Origin: a virus
Direction: 5' to 3' (one strand)
IMG/VR virus record: IMGVR_UViG_3300044640_003674
Location: 4,167 to 68,166 of that record
Length of the DNA: 64,000 nucleotides
The translations under genes and the position numbers were made by a program. The notes beneath the pieces are model-generated. The model did no database searches, was not told the DNA's origin, and saw nothing but the letters and a program-made list of their open reading frames with translations. This document shows positions 17,639-28,033 of the stretch, one piece after another; positions within the stretch are counted from its first letter, which is position 1; the number at the start of each line of letters is the position of its first letter.

Positions 17639-18376
17639 ATGCTAATTCAAGAAGTATTCGATGCGCTGCGACATGGTGAGCTGAGCCAGTTGGCTATTGC
17701 CACCGGTGATGATGGCAATATCCCACGGGCCAAGTACCCTGCTCTGCTGAGTCATCTGCAGCTGGGCTTGACTGCCCTGTACCGACGCTTTCTTCTGCGT
17801 GAAGGACGCATGCGTCTGGTGATGATTCCTGGCACTACGCTGTATCAGCTGAACCGGGAATACGCCCAGTCCAATACTCGGAGCCGCAAGCCAGTGAAAT
17901 ATCTGCACGACCAGGCAGAGCCTTTCATGGATGAGCTGATGAAGCTGGAGCGGGTGCTGACGGATGCCGAGTACGAGATCAATCTCAACGTCGAGCGAGA
18001 TCCCTGGTCTGCATTCACACCGACCACGACCAGTCTGCGTCTGCCCAAGGCTCTGACTGAGCAGAAGTCTGATGTGCCTCTGCACTTGAAGACCGCGGAC
18101 TTGACTCTGGTGTACCGAGCCAATCATCCGAAGATCGATGTCGAGGACTTCGACATTGATTCGACCACGATCGATTTGCCCGAGACATATCTCGAGCCCT
18201 TGCTGTACTTCATCGCAGCCCGTGTGCACACACCGATTGGTACTCCCAATGAGGGCCAGGTCGGGATGAACTGGGTGGCTAGGTATGAGGCTGCTTGTCG
18301 AGAGCTTGAGAACCAAGGCCTGGACATTGAGCAGGGTGGTGCCAACGAGCGGCTGTATCGCAACGGCTGGGCCTGA
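17639..18376 (+). CDS. N4 gp67-like virion structural/adaptor protein
   Basis: LRHGELSQL, GLTALYRRFLLRE, C-terminal RNGW; follows terminase as in N4. Confidence 0.8.
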   Translation: MLIQEVFDALRHGELSQLAIATGDDGNIPRAKYPALLSHLQLGLTALYRRFLLREGRMRLVMIPGTTLYQLNREYAQSNTRSRKPVKYLHDQAEPFMDELMKLERVLTDAEYEINLNVERDPWSAFTPTTTSLRLPKALTEQKSDVPLHLKTADLTLVYRANHPKIDVEDFDIDSTTIDLPETYLEPLLYFIAARVHTPIGTPNEGQVGMNWVARYEAACRELENQGLDIEQGGANERLYRNGWA

Positions 18377-18391
18377 TCAGGTGCCCCAAAG

Positions 18392-18427
18392 AAAAAGCCC
18401 CCGACCGAAAGGTACGGGGGCTTTCTT
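18392..18427. terminator. Bidirectional terminator
   Basis: AAAAAGCCCCCG-ACCGAAAGGTA-CGGGGGCTTTCTT between convergent genes. Confidence 0.85.
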
Positions 18428-18438
18428 GTTGGTGGGGG

Positions 18439-18858
18439 TTACTGGCCGGTGGAGCCGAAACCACCTTCACCACGCTCAGTCTCGTCCAGGTCATCGACCA
18501 GGGCCAGTTCGACAGACGACACCGGAACGATCAGGGCTTGCAGCAGGCGATCGCCGGCTTCCCAGCGGAACGAGGCTGCGTGCTTTGTCCGGAGTGCTGC
18601 CATCCATTCACCGCGGTAATCGGAGTCGATCACTCCGCAGGTATTCGTCAGTTCCAGGCCGAACTTGGCACCAGTACTCGACCGCGGCAGCAGAAGTGCA
18701 ACGAATCCTTCAGGTACCGCGGCAGCGAAACCAAGGCCGAATACCTGGGAAACATGGCTGGCAATACCAGCTTCAGGCATATACAGATCGATAGCGCCAG
18801 CTTGGGCAGTGCCCTTTGTTGGCATAATGAAGTTAGGGTGAAGTGCTTTGATCTTCAT
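18439..18858 (-). CDS. dut: Trimeric dUTPase
   Basis: AGAIDL, PRSSTG, GVIDSDYRGE, GDRLLQ, TERGEGGFGSTG. Confidence 0.95.
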   Translation of the reverse strand: MKIKALHPNFIMPTKGTAQAGAIDLYMPEAGIASHVSQVFGLGFAAAVPEGFVALLLPRSSTGAKFGLELTNTCGVIDSDYRGEWMAALRTKHAASFRWEAGDRLLQALIVPVSSVELALVDDLDETERGEGGFGSTGQ

Positions 18859-18915
18859 ATTCAATACTCTTTGTGGTTACTAGATAACTGCACTTGTCAG
18901 GAAAGATAGCAGTCT

Positions 18916-21081
18916 ATGGTTGGAGAAACTCAGACAGCAGGCAGCTCGCTACCTCAGCTGGTTAACTGGAAAAACCCCCCTTCGGTGCGAGATCTTAAAC
19001 AAGATCTCACCGATGCACTACCAACTCATCGAGCTCAGTGCAAACTGATCGAAGATTGGCTGGACAACCTCCATATTCGCAACAAAGCGAAGATGGCGCC
19101 GTCGAAGAGTAATTCCACTGTTCAGCCGAAGCTGATTCGGAAACAAGCGGAGTGGCGGTATGCGGCACTGAGTGAGCCGTTTCTCAGCACGACTGACCTA
19201 TTCAATGTCAGTCCTGTGAGTTGGGAAGATCGCCAGGCGGCGATGCAAAACGAATTGGTGTTGAACCATCAGTTCAATACCAAGATCAAGAAGCAGACAT
19301 TCATCGACGAATACGTTCGTACTGCAGTCGATGAAGGTACTGTTGCTGTGAAGACTGGTTGGCTGTTCGAAGAGAAGGTCTTCGAGGTTGATGAGCCAGT
19401 GGTTGAGTACCGGGCCAATCCTGCACTGGCACCCATGCATGAGCAGCTTGCTCAGATGCGGGCGGAGTCGCCAAGCGAGTGGCAGACCGATGTGCCTGAA
19501 GAGCTCAAGCAGGCACATGAGATGACCATGGCAAATGGTGTGCCCATCGAGCCGGTGCTCCTCGGGACCCGCAAGGTCAAGAAGACCAAGACGGTCAAGA
19601 ACCAGCCGACCGCTGAGATCATGAGCTTCAAGAACGTGGTGCTCGACCCTACGGCTGAAGGCGATGTGAGCAAGGCCAGCTTCGCAGTGATCACCTTCGA
19701 AACCAGCCTGGCTGAGTTGAAGAAGGACAAGCGCTACAAGAACGTGGAGTACATCAACACGACCAGTGCATCACCACTGGCTCAGCCTGATCACGCTCCA
19801 TCGACTGGTCTTTCTGGCTTCAACTTCTCCGATGAGCCTCGCAAGAAGTTCGTGGTGAACGAGTACTGGGGCTACTGGGACATCCATGGCAATGGAACGG
19901 TGGAACCGATCGTGGCAGCCTGGGTTGGTGACGTGCTCATCCGCATGGAGAAGAACCCGTTCCCGGATGAAGCCATCCCACTGGTGATCGTGCAGTACCT
20001 GCCGGTACGCAAGGAGAACTACGGTGAGCCTGATGGTCATCTGCTGGAAGACAACCAGAAGATCATCGGTGCTGTCACCCGCGGTATGGTGGACATCATG
20101 GCGAAGTCGGCCAATGGTCAGACCGGCATGCGTCGAGACATGCTGGATGCCACCAACAAGCGTCGCTTCGAGCGTGGTCTGGACTACGAGTTCAATGCGA
20201 ACGTGGACCCACGAGTGGGTGTGCACATGCATACCTACCCGGAGATCCCGCAATCAGCCCAATTCATGCTGCAGCTGCAGAACATGGAGGCTGAATCCCT
20301 CACCGGTGTGAAGTCCTTCAGCCAGGGTATCTCTGGCCAGGCCTTGGGTGATGTGGCTGCTGGTGTCCGAGGTGCTCTGGACGCTGCTTCGAAGCGTGAA
20401 CTGGGCATCCTTCGACGGCTGTCCAACGGTGTGATCGAGGTGGGACGCAAGTTCATTGCGATGAACGCTGAGTTCCTGTCCGACGAGGAAGTCATCCGGG
20501 TCACCAACGATGAGTTCGTGGCTGTGAAGCGTGATGACCTGCCTGGTGAGTTCGATCTGAAGCTGTCCATCTCGACGGCAGAAGAGGACAACGCCAAGGC
20601 TCAGGATCTTGGCTTCATGTTGCAGACGATGGGACCCAGTATGGACCCTTCGATGGGTCAAATCATCCTGGCTGACATCGCTCGCTTGAAGAAGATGCCC
20701 GACCTGGCCAAGCGAATCGAGAACTATCAGCCGCAACCTGACCCGATGCAGCTGCGAATCAAGGAACTCGAGATCCTGAAACTCGAAGCCGAGATTCTCA
20801 ACCTGCGTGCACAGGGTAATCAGCGCAATGCTGCAGCGAATCTGTCTGAAATCAAGGGTGGTACTGAGGTGGCCAAGATGGAAAACCTCCAGTCCAAGAC
20901 TGATCAGCAGAATCTGGACTTTGTTGAGCAGGAATCGGGGGTTACTCAGGAGCGGGAGCTCCAGAAACAGGCTCAGCAGGGTCAAACTCAGCGTGAACTG
21001 AAGGCCCTGGACGCAGGTATTCAACGCCAAAACAATGAATTTGCGCTGGTGAAAGAGTATCTGAACAAAAAGGCAACCTAA
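18916..21081 (+). CDS. Portal protein (N4 gp59-like)
   Basis: 721 aa; VQPKLIRKQAEWRYAALSEPFL, EYWGYWDIHG, AESLTGVKSF. Confidence 0.92.
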   Translation: MVGETQTAGSSLPQLVNWKNPPSVRDLKQDLTDALPTHRAQCKLIEDWLDNLHIRNKAKMAPSKSNSTVQPKLIRKQAEWRYAALSEPFLSTTDLFNVSPVSWEDRQAAMQNELVLNHQFNTKIKKQTFIDEYVRTAVDEGTVAVKTGWLFEEKVFEVDEPVVEYRANPALAPMHEQLAQMRAESPSEWQTDVPEELKQAHEMTMANGVPIEPVLLGTRKVKKTKTVKNQPTAEIMSFKNVVLDPTAEGDVSKASFAVITFETSLAELKKDKRYKNVEYINTTSASPLAQPDHAPSTGLSGFNFSDEPRKKFVVNEYWGYWDIHGNGTVEPIVAAWVGDVLIRMEKNPFPDEAIPLVIVQYLPVRKENYGEPDGHLLEDNQKIIGAVTRGMVDIMAKSANGQTGMRRDMLDATNKRRFERGLDYEFNANVDPRVGVHMHTYPEIPQSAQFMLQLQNMEAESLTGVKSFSQGISGQALGDVAAGVRGALDAASKRELGILRRLSNGVIEVGRKFIAMNAEFLSDEEVIRVTNDEFVAVKRDDLPGEFDLKLSISTAEEDNAKAQDLGFMLQTMGPSMDPSMGQIILADIARLKKMPDLAKRIENYQPQPDPMQLRIKELEILKLEAEILNLRAQGNQRNAAANLSEIKGGTEVAKMENLQSKTDQQNLDFVEQESGVTQERELQKQAQQGQTQRELKALDAGIQRQNNEFALVKEYLNKKAT

Positions 21082-21162
21082 ATTGGTATATATTCCCGGC
21101 CAATTGGTCGGGAGTATCTGACCAATACCCTATCAACTCAACACAGCACTGGTAGATCCTCG

Positions 21163-21507
21163 ATGAGCACCCAAGCAATCCAGCAGATTGAACACAATAT
21201 CAAGCAGGCCAAGCAAGCCTTGGCATTCAACTCTGCACTGGACCGTCTTTTCGCCAACCGTGACTTCAAGCAAGTCATCCTGGACGGGTATTTCCGTGAA
21301 GAGGCCATTCGTTTGGTCCATCTGAAGGCAGACCCCAACTTCCAGACGGCTGAGCGTCAGTCGGAAATCATGGTTTCGCTGGATGCCATCGGGAATCTCA
21401 GTCGTTTCTTCGTCACCACTCGTCAACTGGCTACCCAGGCAGGGAATTCCATCACTGCCGACGAAGCCATGCTGGAAGAACTGCTGGCTGAGGAGGTCGA
21501 GCAATGA
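21163..21507 (+). CDS. N4 gp58-like hypothetical protein
   Basis: RLFANRDFKQVILDGYFREEAIRLV; synteny. Confidence 0.8.
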   Translation: MSTQAIQQIEHNIKQAKQALAFNSALDRLFANRDFKQVILDGYFREEAIRLVHLKADPNFQTAERQSEIMVSLDAIGNLSRFFVTTRQLATQAGNSITADEAMLEELLAEEVEQ

Positions 21508-22694
21508 GCGGCTCTGTGGATACCTCGGTGAATACACCGGAAGCTGGCGAAAACACCTCGGCTGTCGAGGCACCTTCGTACCTGAGCATGTCCGATGAAG
21601 AGCTGATGAACGCAGCTCCCCCGGAATTCAAGGCTCCGGCTGCACAGGTTTCCGAAGAAGCGTCGGAGACGACGCCTGCAGCCGAAACCACTGCTGAAAC
21701 TGGTGAAGAGCCTGCAGAAGAAGCGGCTGACGCCGGTGAATCGAAGGAAAAGGACCCTGCCGCCGACGCCGGCGAAGCCGCGGAGAAGGCAGAGGGCGAA
21801 GAAGCCAAGAAACCCGAGGCTGAGAAGGAAGAGCCCAAGGTTGAGCCGGTGGCCACGGACTATGAGGCGGAATACAAGCGTCTCCTGGCTCCGTTCAAGG
21901 CCAATGGCCGCGAGATTCAAGTCAAGTCGGTGGATGACGCCATCGCCTTGATGCAAATGGGCGCCAACTACAACAAGAAGATGGCTGCCCTGAAGCCGAA
22001 TCTCCAGCTGATGAAGATGCTGGAGAACAACGGTCTTCTGAGCGAAGAGAAGCTGAGCTTTTTGATCGACCTGGACAAGAAAAATCCGGATGCGATCAAC
22101 AAGCTGGTGAAGGACGCCGGTATCAATCCTCTGGATTTGGACGGCGAGAAGGCGGGCGACTACAAACCGAAAACTCACGCTGTTGATGAGCGAGAAGTCG
22201 AGCTGGATACGATTCTGGAGGAACTCCAAGAGACTCCTACGTACAACCAGCTGATTCAACTCGTCGCCAAGGAATGGGACGGTAATAGCAAGCAAGCAAT
22301 TGCTCAAGAACCTCAACTGCTGAAGGTTTTGAATGACCACATGGCTCGTGGCATTTACGACCGAATCCGTACCGAGGTCGAGAGTGAGCGCATGTTTGGC
22401 CGCTTGAGCGGCATGTCGGATCTCGAAGCCTATAAGTCTGTCGGCGATGCCATCCAGGCTCGCGGCGGGTTCAACGACCTGGTGGACAAGCCAACCTCCG
22501 AGTCGCAACCCAGCCCGAAAACCGTGGTGGAACCTCCGAAGAAAAAGGTCGAGGACCCCAAGCTGAATGAGAAAAGGCGAGCTGCCGGTCCCACAAAGAC
22601 CGCTGCCCCTAGTACCCCTGGGCTGTCGGATCTGAATCCGCTGTCCATGTCGGATGCTGACTTTGCCAAGATGGCAACGCCGGTGTACCGATAA
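21504..22694 (+). CDS. N4 gp57-like protein (probable capsid scaffold)
   Basis: Acidic E/A-rich N-terminus, PFKANG, LMQMGANY, terminal LSMSDxxF/L motifs; directly before the MCP. Confidence 0.8.
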   Translation: MSGSVDTSVNTPEAGENTSAVEAPSYLSMSDEELMNAAPPEFKAPAAQVSEEASETTPAAETTAETGEEPAEEAADAGESKEKDPAADAGEAAEKAEGEEAKKPEAEKEEPKVEPVATDYEAEYKRLLAPFKANGREIQVKSVDDAIALMQMGANYNKKMAALKPNLQLMKMLENNGLLSEEKLSFLIDLDKKNPDAINKLVKDAGINPLDLDGEKAGDYKPKTHAVDEREVELDTILEELQETPTYNQLIQLVAKEWDGNSKQAIAQEPQLLKVLNDHMARGIYDRIRTEVESERMFGRLSGMSDLEAYKSVGDAIQARGGFNDLVDKPTSESQPSPKTVVEPPKKKVEDPKLNEKRRAAGPTKTAAPSTPGLSDLNPLSMSDADFAKMATPVYR

Positions 22695-22721
22695 CCCAAC
22701 CCATTTGAAAGGAACTGAATC

Positions 22722-23885
22722 ATGACCCGTCAATACAACGACCCTGCAGGCGGTACCCCGGCCAATATCGGCCCGCAGATGAATACCTTCTACTACGAGA
22801 AGAAGGCACTCATCGAAGCAGCGAAAGAGCAGTACTTCGGCCAGCTGGCTGATGTGACCTCGATGCCCAAGAACATGGGCAAGAAGATCAAGAAGTACCA
22901 CTACCTGCCGCTGCTGGACGATCGCAACATCAACGACCAGGGCATCGACGCTGCCGGTGCAGTCATCGCCAACGGCAACCTGTACGGTTCGTCGAAGGAC
23001 ATCGGCACCATCAGCGGCAAGCTGCCGGCACTGTCGGAAAACGGTGGCCGTGTGAACCGTGTGGGCTTCAAGCGCAAGGAAATCGAAGGCACGCTGGAGA
23101 AGTTCGGCTTCTTCGATGAGTACACCCAGGAATCCCTGGACTTCGACTCGGATGCCGACCTGGAGCAGCACGTCACCCGTGAAATGGTGATGGGCGCCAA
23201 CGAGATCACGGAAGACGCCCTGCAGATCGACCTGATCACGGCAGCTGGTGTGGTGAAGTTCGCTGGCAATGCCACGAGCAACGCTTCGATGGGCGCGGAT
23301 GACCTGGTGAGCTACAGCGACCTGATGCGTCTGTCGATCGACCTGGACAACAACCGCACTCCGAAGCACACGAAGGTGATCACCGGCTCCCGCATGGTCG
23401 ACACCCGCACCATCCCGAGCGCACGTATCGCGTACATCGGCTCCGAGCTGCTGCCGACCTTCAAGGCCATGAAGGACCTGCACAACAACGAAGCCTTCAT
23501 CGCGGTGCAGAAGTACGCCTCGGCTGGCAACACGGTCAACGGTGAAGTCGGTACGGTCGACCAGGTTCGTCTGGTGGTTGTGCCCGAGATGATGAAGTGG
23601 GCCGGCGCCGGTGGTGCTGAAGTGGCTGGCTTCTACTCGACGGCTGCCAAGCTGGACATCTTCCCGATCCTGGTCGTGGGCGATGAGAGCTTCACCACCA
23701 TTGGTTTCCAGACCGATGGCAAGACGGTGAAGTTCAAGATCACCCACAAGAAGCCTGGTCCGGATACGGCTGACCGCAACGATCCGTATGGCGAGACGGG
23801 CTTCATGTCCATCAAGTGGTACTACGGCTTCATGGCTCTGCGTCCTGAGCGTATCGGCCTGATCAAGACCGTCGCCAAGATGTAA
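22722..23885 (+). CDS. Major capsid protein (N4 gp56-like)
   Basis: [55 protein letters not shown]; highly biased codons. Confidence 0.95.
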   Translation: MTRQYNDPAGGTPANIGPQMNTFYYEKKALIEAAKEQYFGQLADVTSMPKNMGKKIKKYHYLPLLDDRNINDQGIDAAGAVIANGNLYGSSKDIGTISGKLPALSENGGRVNRVGFKRKEIEGTLEKFGFFDEYTQESLDFDSDADLEQHVTREMVMGANEITEDALQIDLITAAGVVKFAGNATSNASMGADDLVSYSDLMRLSIDLDNNRTPKHTKVITGSRMVDTRTIPSARIAYIGSELLPTFKAMKDLHNNEAFIAVQKYASAGNTVNGEVGTVDQVRLVVVPEMMKWAGAGGAEVAGFYSTAAKLDIFPILVVGDESFTTIGFQTDGKTVKFKITHKKPGPDTADRNDPYGETGFMSIKWYYGFMALRPERIGLIKTVAKM

Positions 23886-23964
23886 GTCGGTTGGGGGAGT
23901 GGGCTAGCGCCCCTCCCCCACCGGTGAGCATTCATCCATCAATTCACAGAAGAGAACCATCGCA

Positions 23965-24531
23965 ATGTCCGATCAAGACACCGACCTGACCCAAGACGAA
24001 CTGACCACGCTGAAGGCTCGTGCCGATCTGCTGGGCATCACGTATCACCCCTCGATTGGCCTGGACAAGCTGCGTGCCAAGGTGCAAGCGGCAATGGACT
24101 CCAGTGCCCCCCCGGCAGACGAAGATGAAGCAGCTGCTGCCCCGGTGCCGGCCAGCGAGACTCCCCTGGAGAAACGCAAGCGCCTGATCGCTGAAGCCAC
24201 GAAGCTGGTGCGTATTCGCCTGACTTGCATGAATCCCCTCAAGAAGGAGTGGGACGGCGAGATCATCACGGTCGGCAACGCTGCGGTTGGTTCCCTGAAG
24301 AAGTTCATCCCCTTCAACGCTGAAGACGGCTGGCATGTCCCGCACATGATGTACGAGCACCTGCGTGATCGTCAGTGCCAGACCTTCTACACGGTGACTG
24401 ACAGCCGTGGCAACAAGTCTCGTCGCGGCAAGCTGATCCGTGAATTCGCCATCGAGGTCCTGCCTCCGCTGTCGCAGGAAGAGCTGACTGAACTGGCACG
24501 TCGCCAGGCCATGTCTCACGCTGTCGGCTGA
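23965..24531 (+). CDS. N4 gp55-like protein
   Basis: LKARADLLGITYHPSIG, KLVRIRLTCMNP, FAIEVLPPLS. Confidence 0.82.
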   Translation: MSDQDTDLTQDELTTLKARADLLGITYHPSIGLDKLRAKVQAAMDSSAPPADEDEAAAAPVPASETPLEKRKRLIAEATKLVRIRLTCMNPLKKEWDGEIITVGNAAVGSLKKFIPFNAEDGWHVPHMMYEHLRDRQCQTFYTVTDSRGNKSRRGKLIREFAIEVLPPLSQEELTELARRQAMSHAVG

Positions 24532-24571
24532 TCAGCACTGACCCACAGCACTTAGCGCACCCAGATATTCC

Positions 24572-25336
24572 ATGGCAACCCTTATCGTTCCCCAAATCAA
24601 ACTCTCGGACCTGACAACCAAGGTTATCGGTGGCACCGGCGTCTTCGATGTCCTGATGGATGCCAACAAGGCACATCTGGAATCGGAGTTCACCAAGGGT
24701 CGAATCAAGGGCACCGAGTACGCCACGGTCTATCTGGGTGCACTGCAGCAGGTGCTGCAGGCCTCGCTTGAGTTCCTGCTCCGCAAGGACAAGCAGAACC
24801 TGGAAGCCGAACTGCTGATGCAGCAGATCGAGGTGGCCAAGGCTGAAGTTGAGATCGCCAAGCAGAACGCACTCAAGATCCCGAAAGAGATCGAGATCCT
24901 GGTTGCGCAGAAGGCTCAGATCACGGCTCAGACTTCTTTGACTGAGCAGCAGCGTCTTAACGCTGTCACCGAGAACACGGTGCTGGTGGCTCAGGAGTGC
25001 AAGCTGAAGGCTGAGTTCGATGTGCTGAAGAGTACCGACCTGAAGACCCAGCAGGAAACCAGTCTGCTGACTCAGAAGACTGCTACCGAGCGTGCACAGA
25101 CTCAAGCCATCGGTGTCGATGACAACTCTGTGGTGGGTCGCCAGAAGGCCTTGTATGTGGCTCAGACCAATGGCTTCGCTCGTGACGCTGAGAACAAGGT
25201 CGCCAAGATCATGATCGACACCTGGAACGTCCGTCGCACGACTGACCAAGGCACGATCGCTGACACGGTGAACAAGCTCGATGACGCAACGGTGGGTCGT
25301 GCGGTGTCCAAGATGCTCGCCGGCGTCAATGCCTGA
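24572..25336 (+). CDS. N4 gp54-like structural protein
   Basis: GTGVFDVLM...HLESEFTKGRIKGTEYA, then a coiled coil. Confidence 0.82.
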   Translation: MATLIVPQIKLSDLTTKVIGGTGVFDVLMDANKAHLESEFTKGRIKGTEYATVYLGALQQVLQASLEFLLRKDKQNLEAELLMQQIEVAKAEVEIAKQNALKIPKEIEILVAQKAQITAQTSLTEQQRLNAVTENTVLVAQECKLKAEFDVLKSTDLKTQQETSLLTQKTATERAQTQAIGVDDNSVVGRQKALYVAQTNGFARDAENKVAKIMIDTWNVRRTTDQGTIADTVNKLDDATVGRAVSKMLAGVNA

Positions 25337-25355
25337 TGTGAGCTGGCTTGGTCAG

Positions 25356-25377
25356 GAGGAGCTACGGCTCCTCTTTT
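25356..25377 (+). terminator. Intrinsic terminator
   Basis: GAGGAGC-UACG-GCUCCUC-UUUU. Confidence 0.8.
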
Positions 25378-25407
25378 CGTTTGGCTTCCTGGTTTGAGGT
25401 ACTGATC

Positions 25408-27609
25408 GTGGGCTTGTTCAGCAGCAAGTATGTGACCCAGGTGGGCACCACTGCTCAGCGTCTTGTTGAGGACAAACAGCTGCCCAATGCAGTGAAGACT
25501 GGTGTCTTCGCAGCCATCATGGGAGAAGCCAACGCCAAGGACAACGGTGTGGCTGACTTCGTGATGGAGGAGCTCTTCCGATCGATCGGCATTCGAGCAG
25601 ACAACCTCTACACCTGGGCCAAGAAGAGCTACATCTATGGCCTGCCCTCTGGCCAGTACCGAACCACCCGCACACTGCGAGCTACGGTAGAAGCCAGGCT
25701 GCCTGCACTTGTTGGCGGTGCACCTGTCATCGACTACTGTGAGGTGGGTCCCCCGAATGACCTGCACAGTGGCTGGGTGCAGCTGGTTCGTGATCATGGG
25801 TATGACCCGACCACGAATCGCATTGCGTCTCTGGAAGCCACGAAAGGCAAGCCGGTCTACCTCGATGACATGGTGATGCACGTTGCTGACACCACGCTCA
25901 GCAACCGGACATCTGTGTCGCTCCAGCAATGGGGGAATCCTCCGCGAAGCGGGGTGACCCCATTGCGGACAGCATCTGCTGGGAAGCTCTATACCTTCAG
26001 TCCACCGGTGCTCGATCCGGTGGCCACAGCCGATTACGTCCGTGTCTACTATGTCTGGGAGACTCAGGCTGCAGGTCAACCTGTGGTGCTGGCACGAGAG
26101 CACTTCGACATCAATCTGAGTGAGTGGCTCGACTCCGAGGACTACATCCAGGTTCGCTACCTCAAAGGTAGTGCGGTGTCTTACTGGACCTACCGAGTGG
26201 GTAGCGGTGACACCGAGCTGGACAAGGTGACGGGCACAACCCACGATGAAGAGCGTGGGAGCTTCTTCCCGTTCCTCTACTTCCGGTTCAACAAACAGTC
26301 CCAGTCCTCAGACCGGGCTGCTCGTGCCTACAAGGATTCCAAGAAGTTCGCCAGACAGCTTGGCTTGAACTTCGATGACATCACTGACGCGATCAACAAC
26401 AACCCAGACATCGCAGACGTTGAGCAAGCTATGCTCATGTTTGCAGTGCCGTCCGTCTCCACAGATCGAGTGGAGTGTAGGTATCTCTTCGACTTCTTCA
26501 GTGGGCTCTACAACGGCAGTGGTACTGCTGAGCTGGCTGATCCAACAACTGAGGACATGCTGCGTCGACTTGCCAAAGGTCCTGGCAACCGTGAGTCAGC
26601 AATCGTCATTGAAGACAAGCGCTTCAAGATGGTTCTGTCCAACGAAGGTATCTATCGACGCCTGGTTGCTGGCTCTATTGGGCCAATGGGCACCTTCAAG
26701 TCTGAGTTCGATCAAGCCAACAATCTCCATCACTACAGCAAGCAGCTGTCTGAGACGACATACGAGCAGATCAGTGTTCGCTTCCTGAAGTTCACCTACT
26801 TCATCTTCGGTGAGCACACCGCACTGACGGATGGTGTGGATGATGTGTTGCTGATCCCAGTCGATCGGACCATCAGCAACAAGATGTCCTTGGCTGATCG
26901 TGAGCGTCTGTACGTCAAGTCGCTGCACCTGGTGTTCAACAGTCGAGTGGTGACCAAGGTGAAGTGGTATCAGCGAGGCTGGTTCCGAGACTTCCTGTTG
27001 GTCCTGGCTATCGTGATCACCATCTCCTCCGGTGGTGCAGATGGCGGCTCACTCATTGCTGCAGTACTGGCAGGCAATACAGCGCTGATCATTCAGTTGG
27101 GTTGGGTACTGCTACAGAGAATCCTGATACGAATGCTCGTGGCTCAGGTGATCAAGTTCTTCGTCAAAGAGTTTGGTCTTGATGCTGCGTTCTTGCTGGC
27201 TGTGGTCAACATGGTTGCCTTCCAGTCATTCGATGAGGGAGCTCTGGTACTGCCTGACATCACAGACATGCTGGCTGCTACCCAGGCAGTACTGACAGCG
27301 GCCACTGAACTCACTCAAGAAAAGCTACTGAAGCTATACGAGGAAGCTGCGGAATTTAGTAAGTGGGTTGAGGCACAAACCAAGTTGGTTGAAGATGCAC
27401 AATCCCTGCTCGATACCACAAGCTCGATCAATCCACATACCCTATTCGGGGAATCTCCGGACGACTTCTATAATCGAACCGTCCACGCCGGTAACATCGG
27501 TGCACTCGGATTTGGCGCAATTTCCTCCTATGTGGATACCGCTCTGAAGCTACCTACTCTGGACGACACTTTAGGAGAATTGCAATATGAAGACGAAGTA
27601 CCTCAATAG
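25408..27609 (+). CDS. N4 gp53-like protein
   Basis: GTG start with GAGG RBS (MGLFSSK); KVKWYQRGWF followed by hydrophobic helices; synteny. Confidence 0.8.
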   Translation: MGLFSSKYVTQVGTTAQRLVEDKQLPNAVKTGVFAAIMGEANAKDNGVADFVMEELFRSIGIRADNLYTWAKKSYIYGLPSGQYRTTRTLRATVEARLPALVGGAPVIDYCEVGPPNDLHSGWVQLVRDHGYDPTTNRIASLEATKGKPVYLDDMVMHVADTTLSNRTSVSLQQWGNPPRSGVTPLRTASAGKLYTFSPPVLDPVATADYVRVYYVWETQAAGQPVVLAREHFDINLSEWLDSEDYIQVRYLKGSAVSYWTYRVGSGDTELDKVTGTTHDEERGSFFPFLYFRFNKQSQSSDRAARAYKDSKKFARQLGLNFDDITDAINNNPDIADVEQAMLMFAVPSVSTDRVECRYLFDFFSGLYNGSGTAELADPTTEDMLRRLAKGPGNRESAIVIEDKRFKMVLSNEGIYRRLVAGSIGPMGTFKSEFDQANNLHHYSKQLSETTYEQISVRFLKFTYFIFGEHTALTDGVDDVLLIPVDRTISNKMSLADRERLYVKSLHLVFNSRVVTKVKWYQRGWFRDFLLVLAIVITISSGGADGGSLIAAVLAGNTALIIQLGWVLLQRILIRMLVAQVIKFFVKEFGLDAAFLLAVVNMVAFQSFDEGALVLPDITDMLAATQAVLTAATELTQEKLLKLYEEAAEFSKWVEAQTKLVEDAQSLLDTTSSINPHTLFGESPDDFYNRTVHAGNIGALGFGAISSYVDTALKLPTLDDTLGELQYEDEVPQ

Positions 27610-28030
27610 TCTCGCAAACTATGGGCAGCCTGTTATGCCCATGAACAGTACTGCACTCACTGGAGTCGATCCGATCGACTTCTCTGCACTCACCGCACCG
27701 GGTATGTTTGCCAAGGTCCCTGGTTTGACTGAGCCTAAGCCCAAGGGCTTCCTGGCTAGCATGATCGGAAACAAGGACGATCCTGGCTGGGGTGGTATGG
27801 CCTTGGGTGGCTTGTCTGCCCTGTCCAATGCCTACTTCGGCATGAAGCAATACGGCCTGGCCAAGCAGCAGCTGGCGGAGGGTAAGCGACAGTTCAACCT
27901 GAACTTCGATGCCCAGCGAAACATGACGAACTCGCAGCTGGCTGATCGTCAGAATGCTCGTGTTGCTGCCAATCCTGGTGCCTACCAGTCGACCGCTGAC
28001 TACATGAGCCAGTACGGCATCAAGGGGTAA
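27587..28030 (+). CDS. N4 gp52-like small ejection/structural protein
   Basis: Gly-rich hydrophobic segment followed by Q/N-rich helix; synteny. Confidence 0.78.
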   Translation: MKTKYLNSLANYGQPVMPMNSTALTGVDPIDFSALTAPGMFAKVPGLTEPKPKGFLASMIGNKDDPGWGGMALGGLSALSNAYFGMKQYGLAKQQLAEGKRQFNLNFDAQRNMTNSQLADRQNARVAANPGAYQSTADYMSQYGIKG

Positions 28031-28033
28031 TCC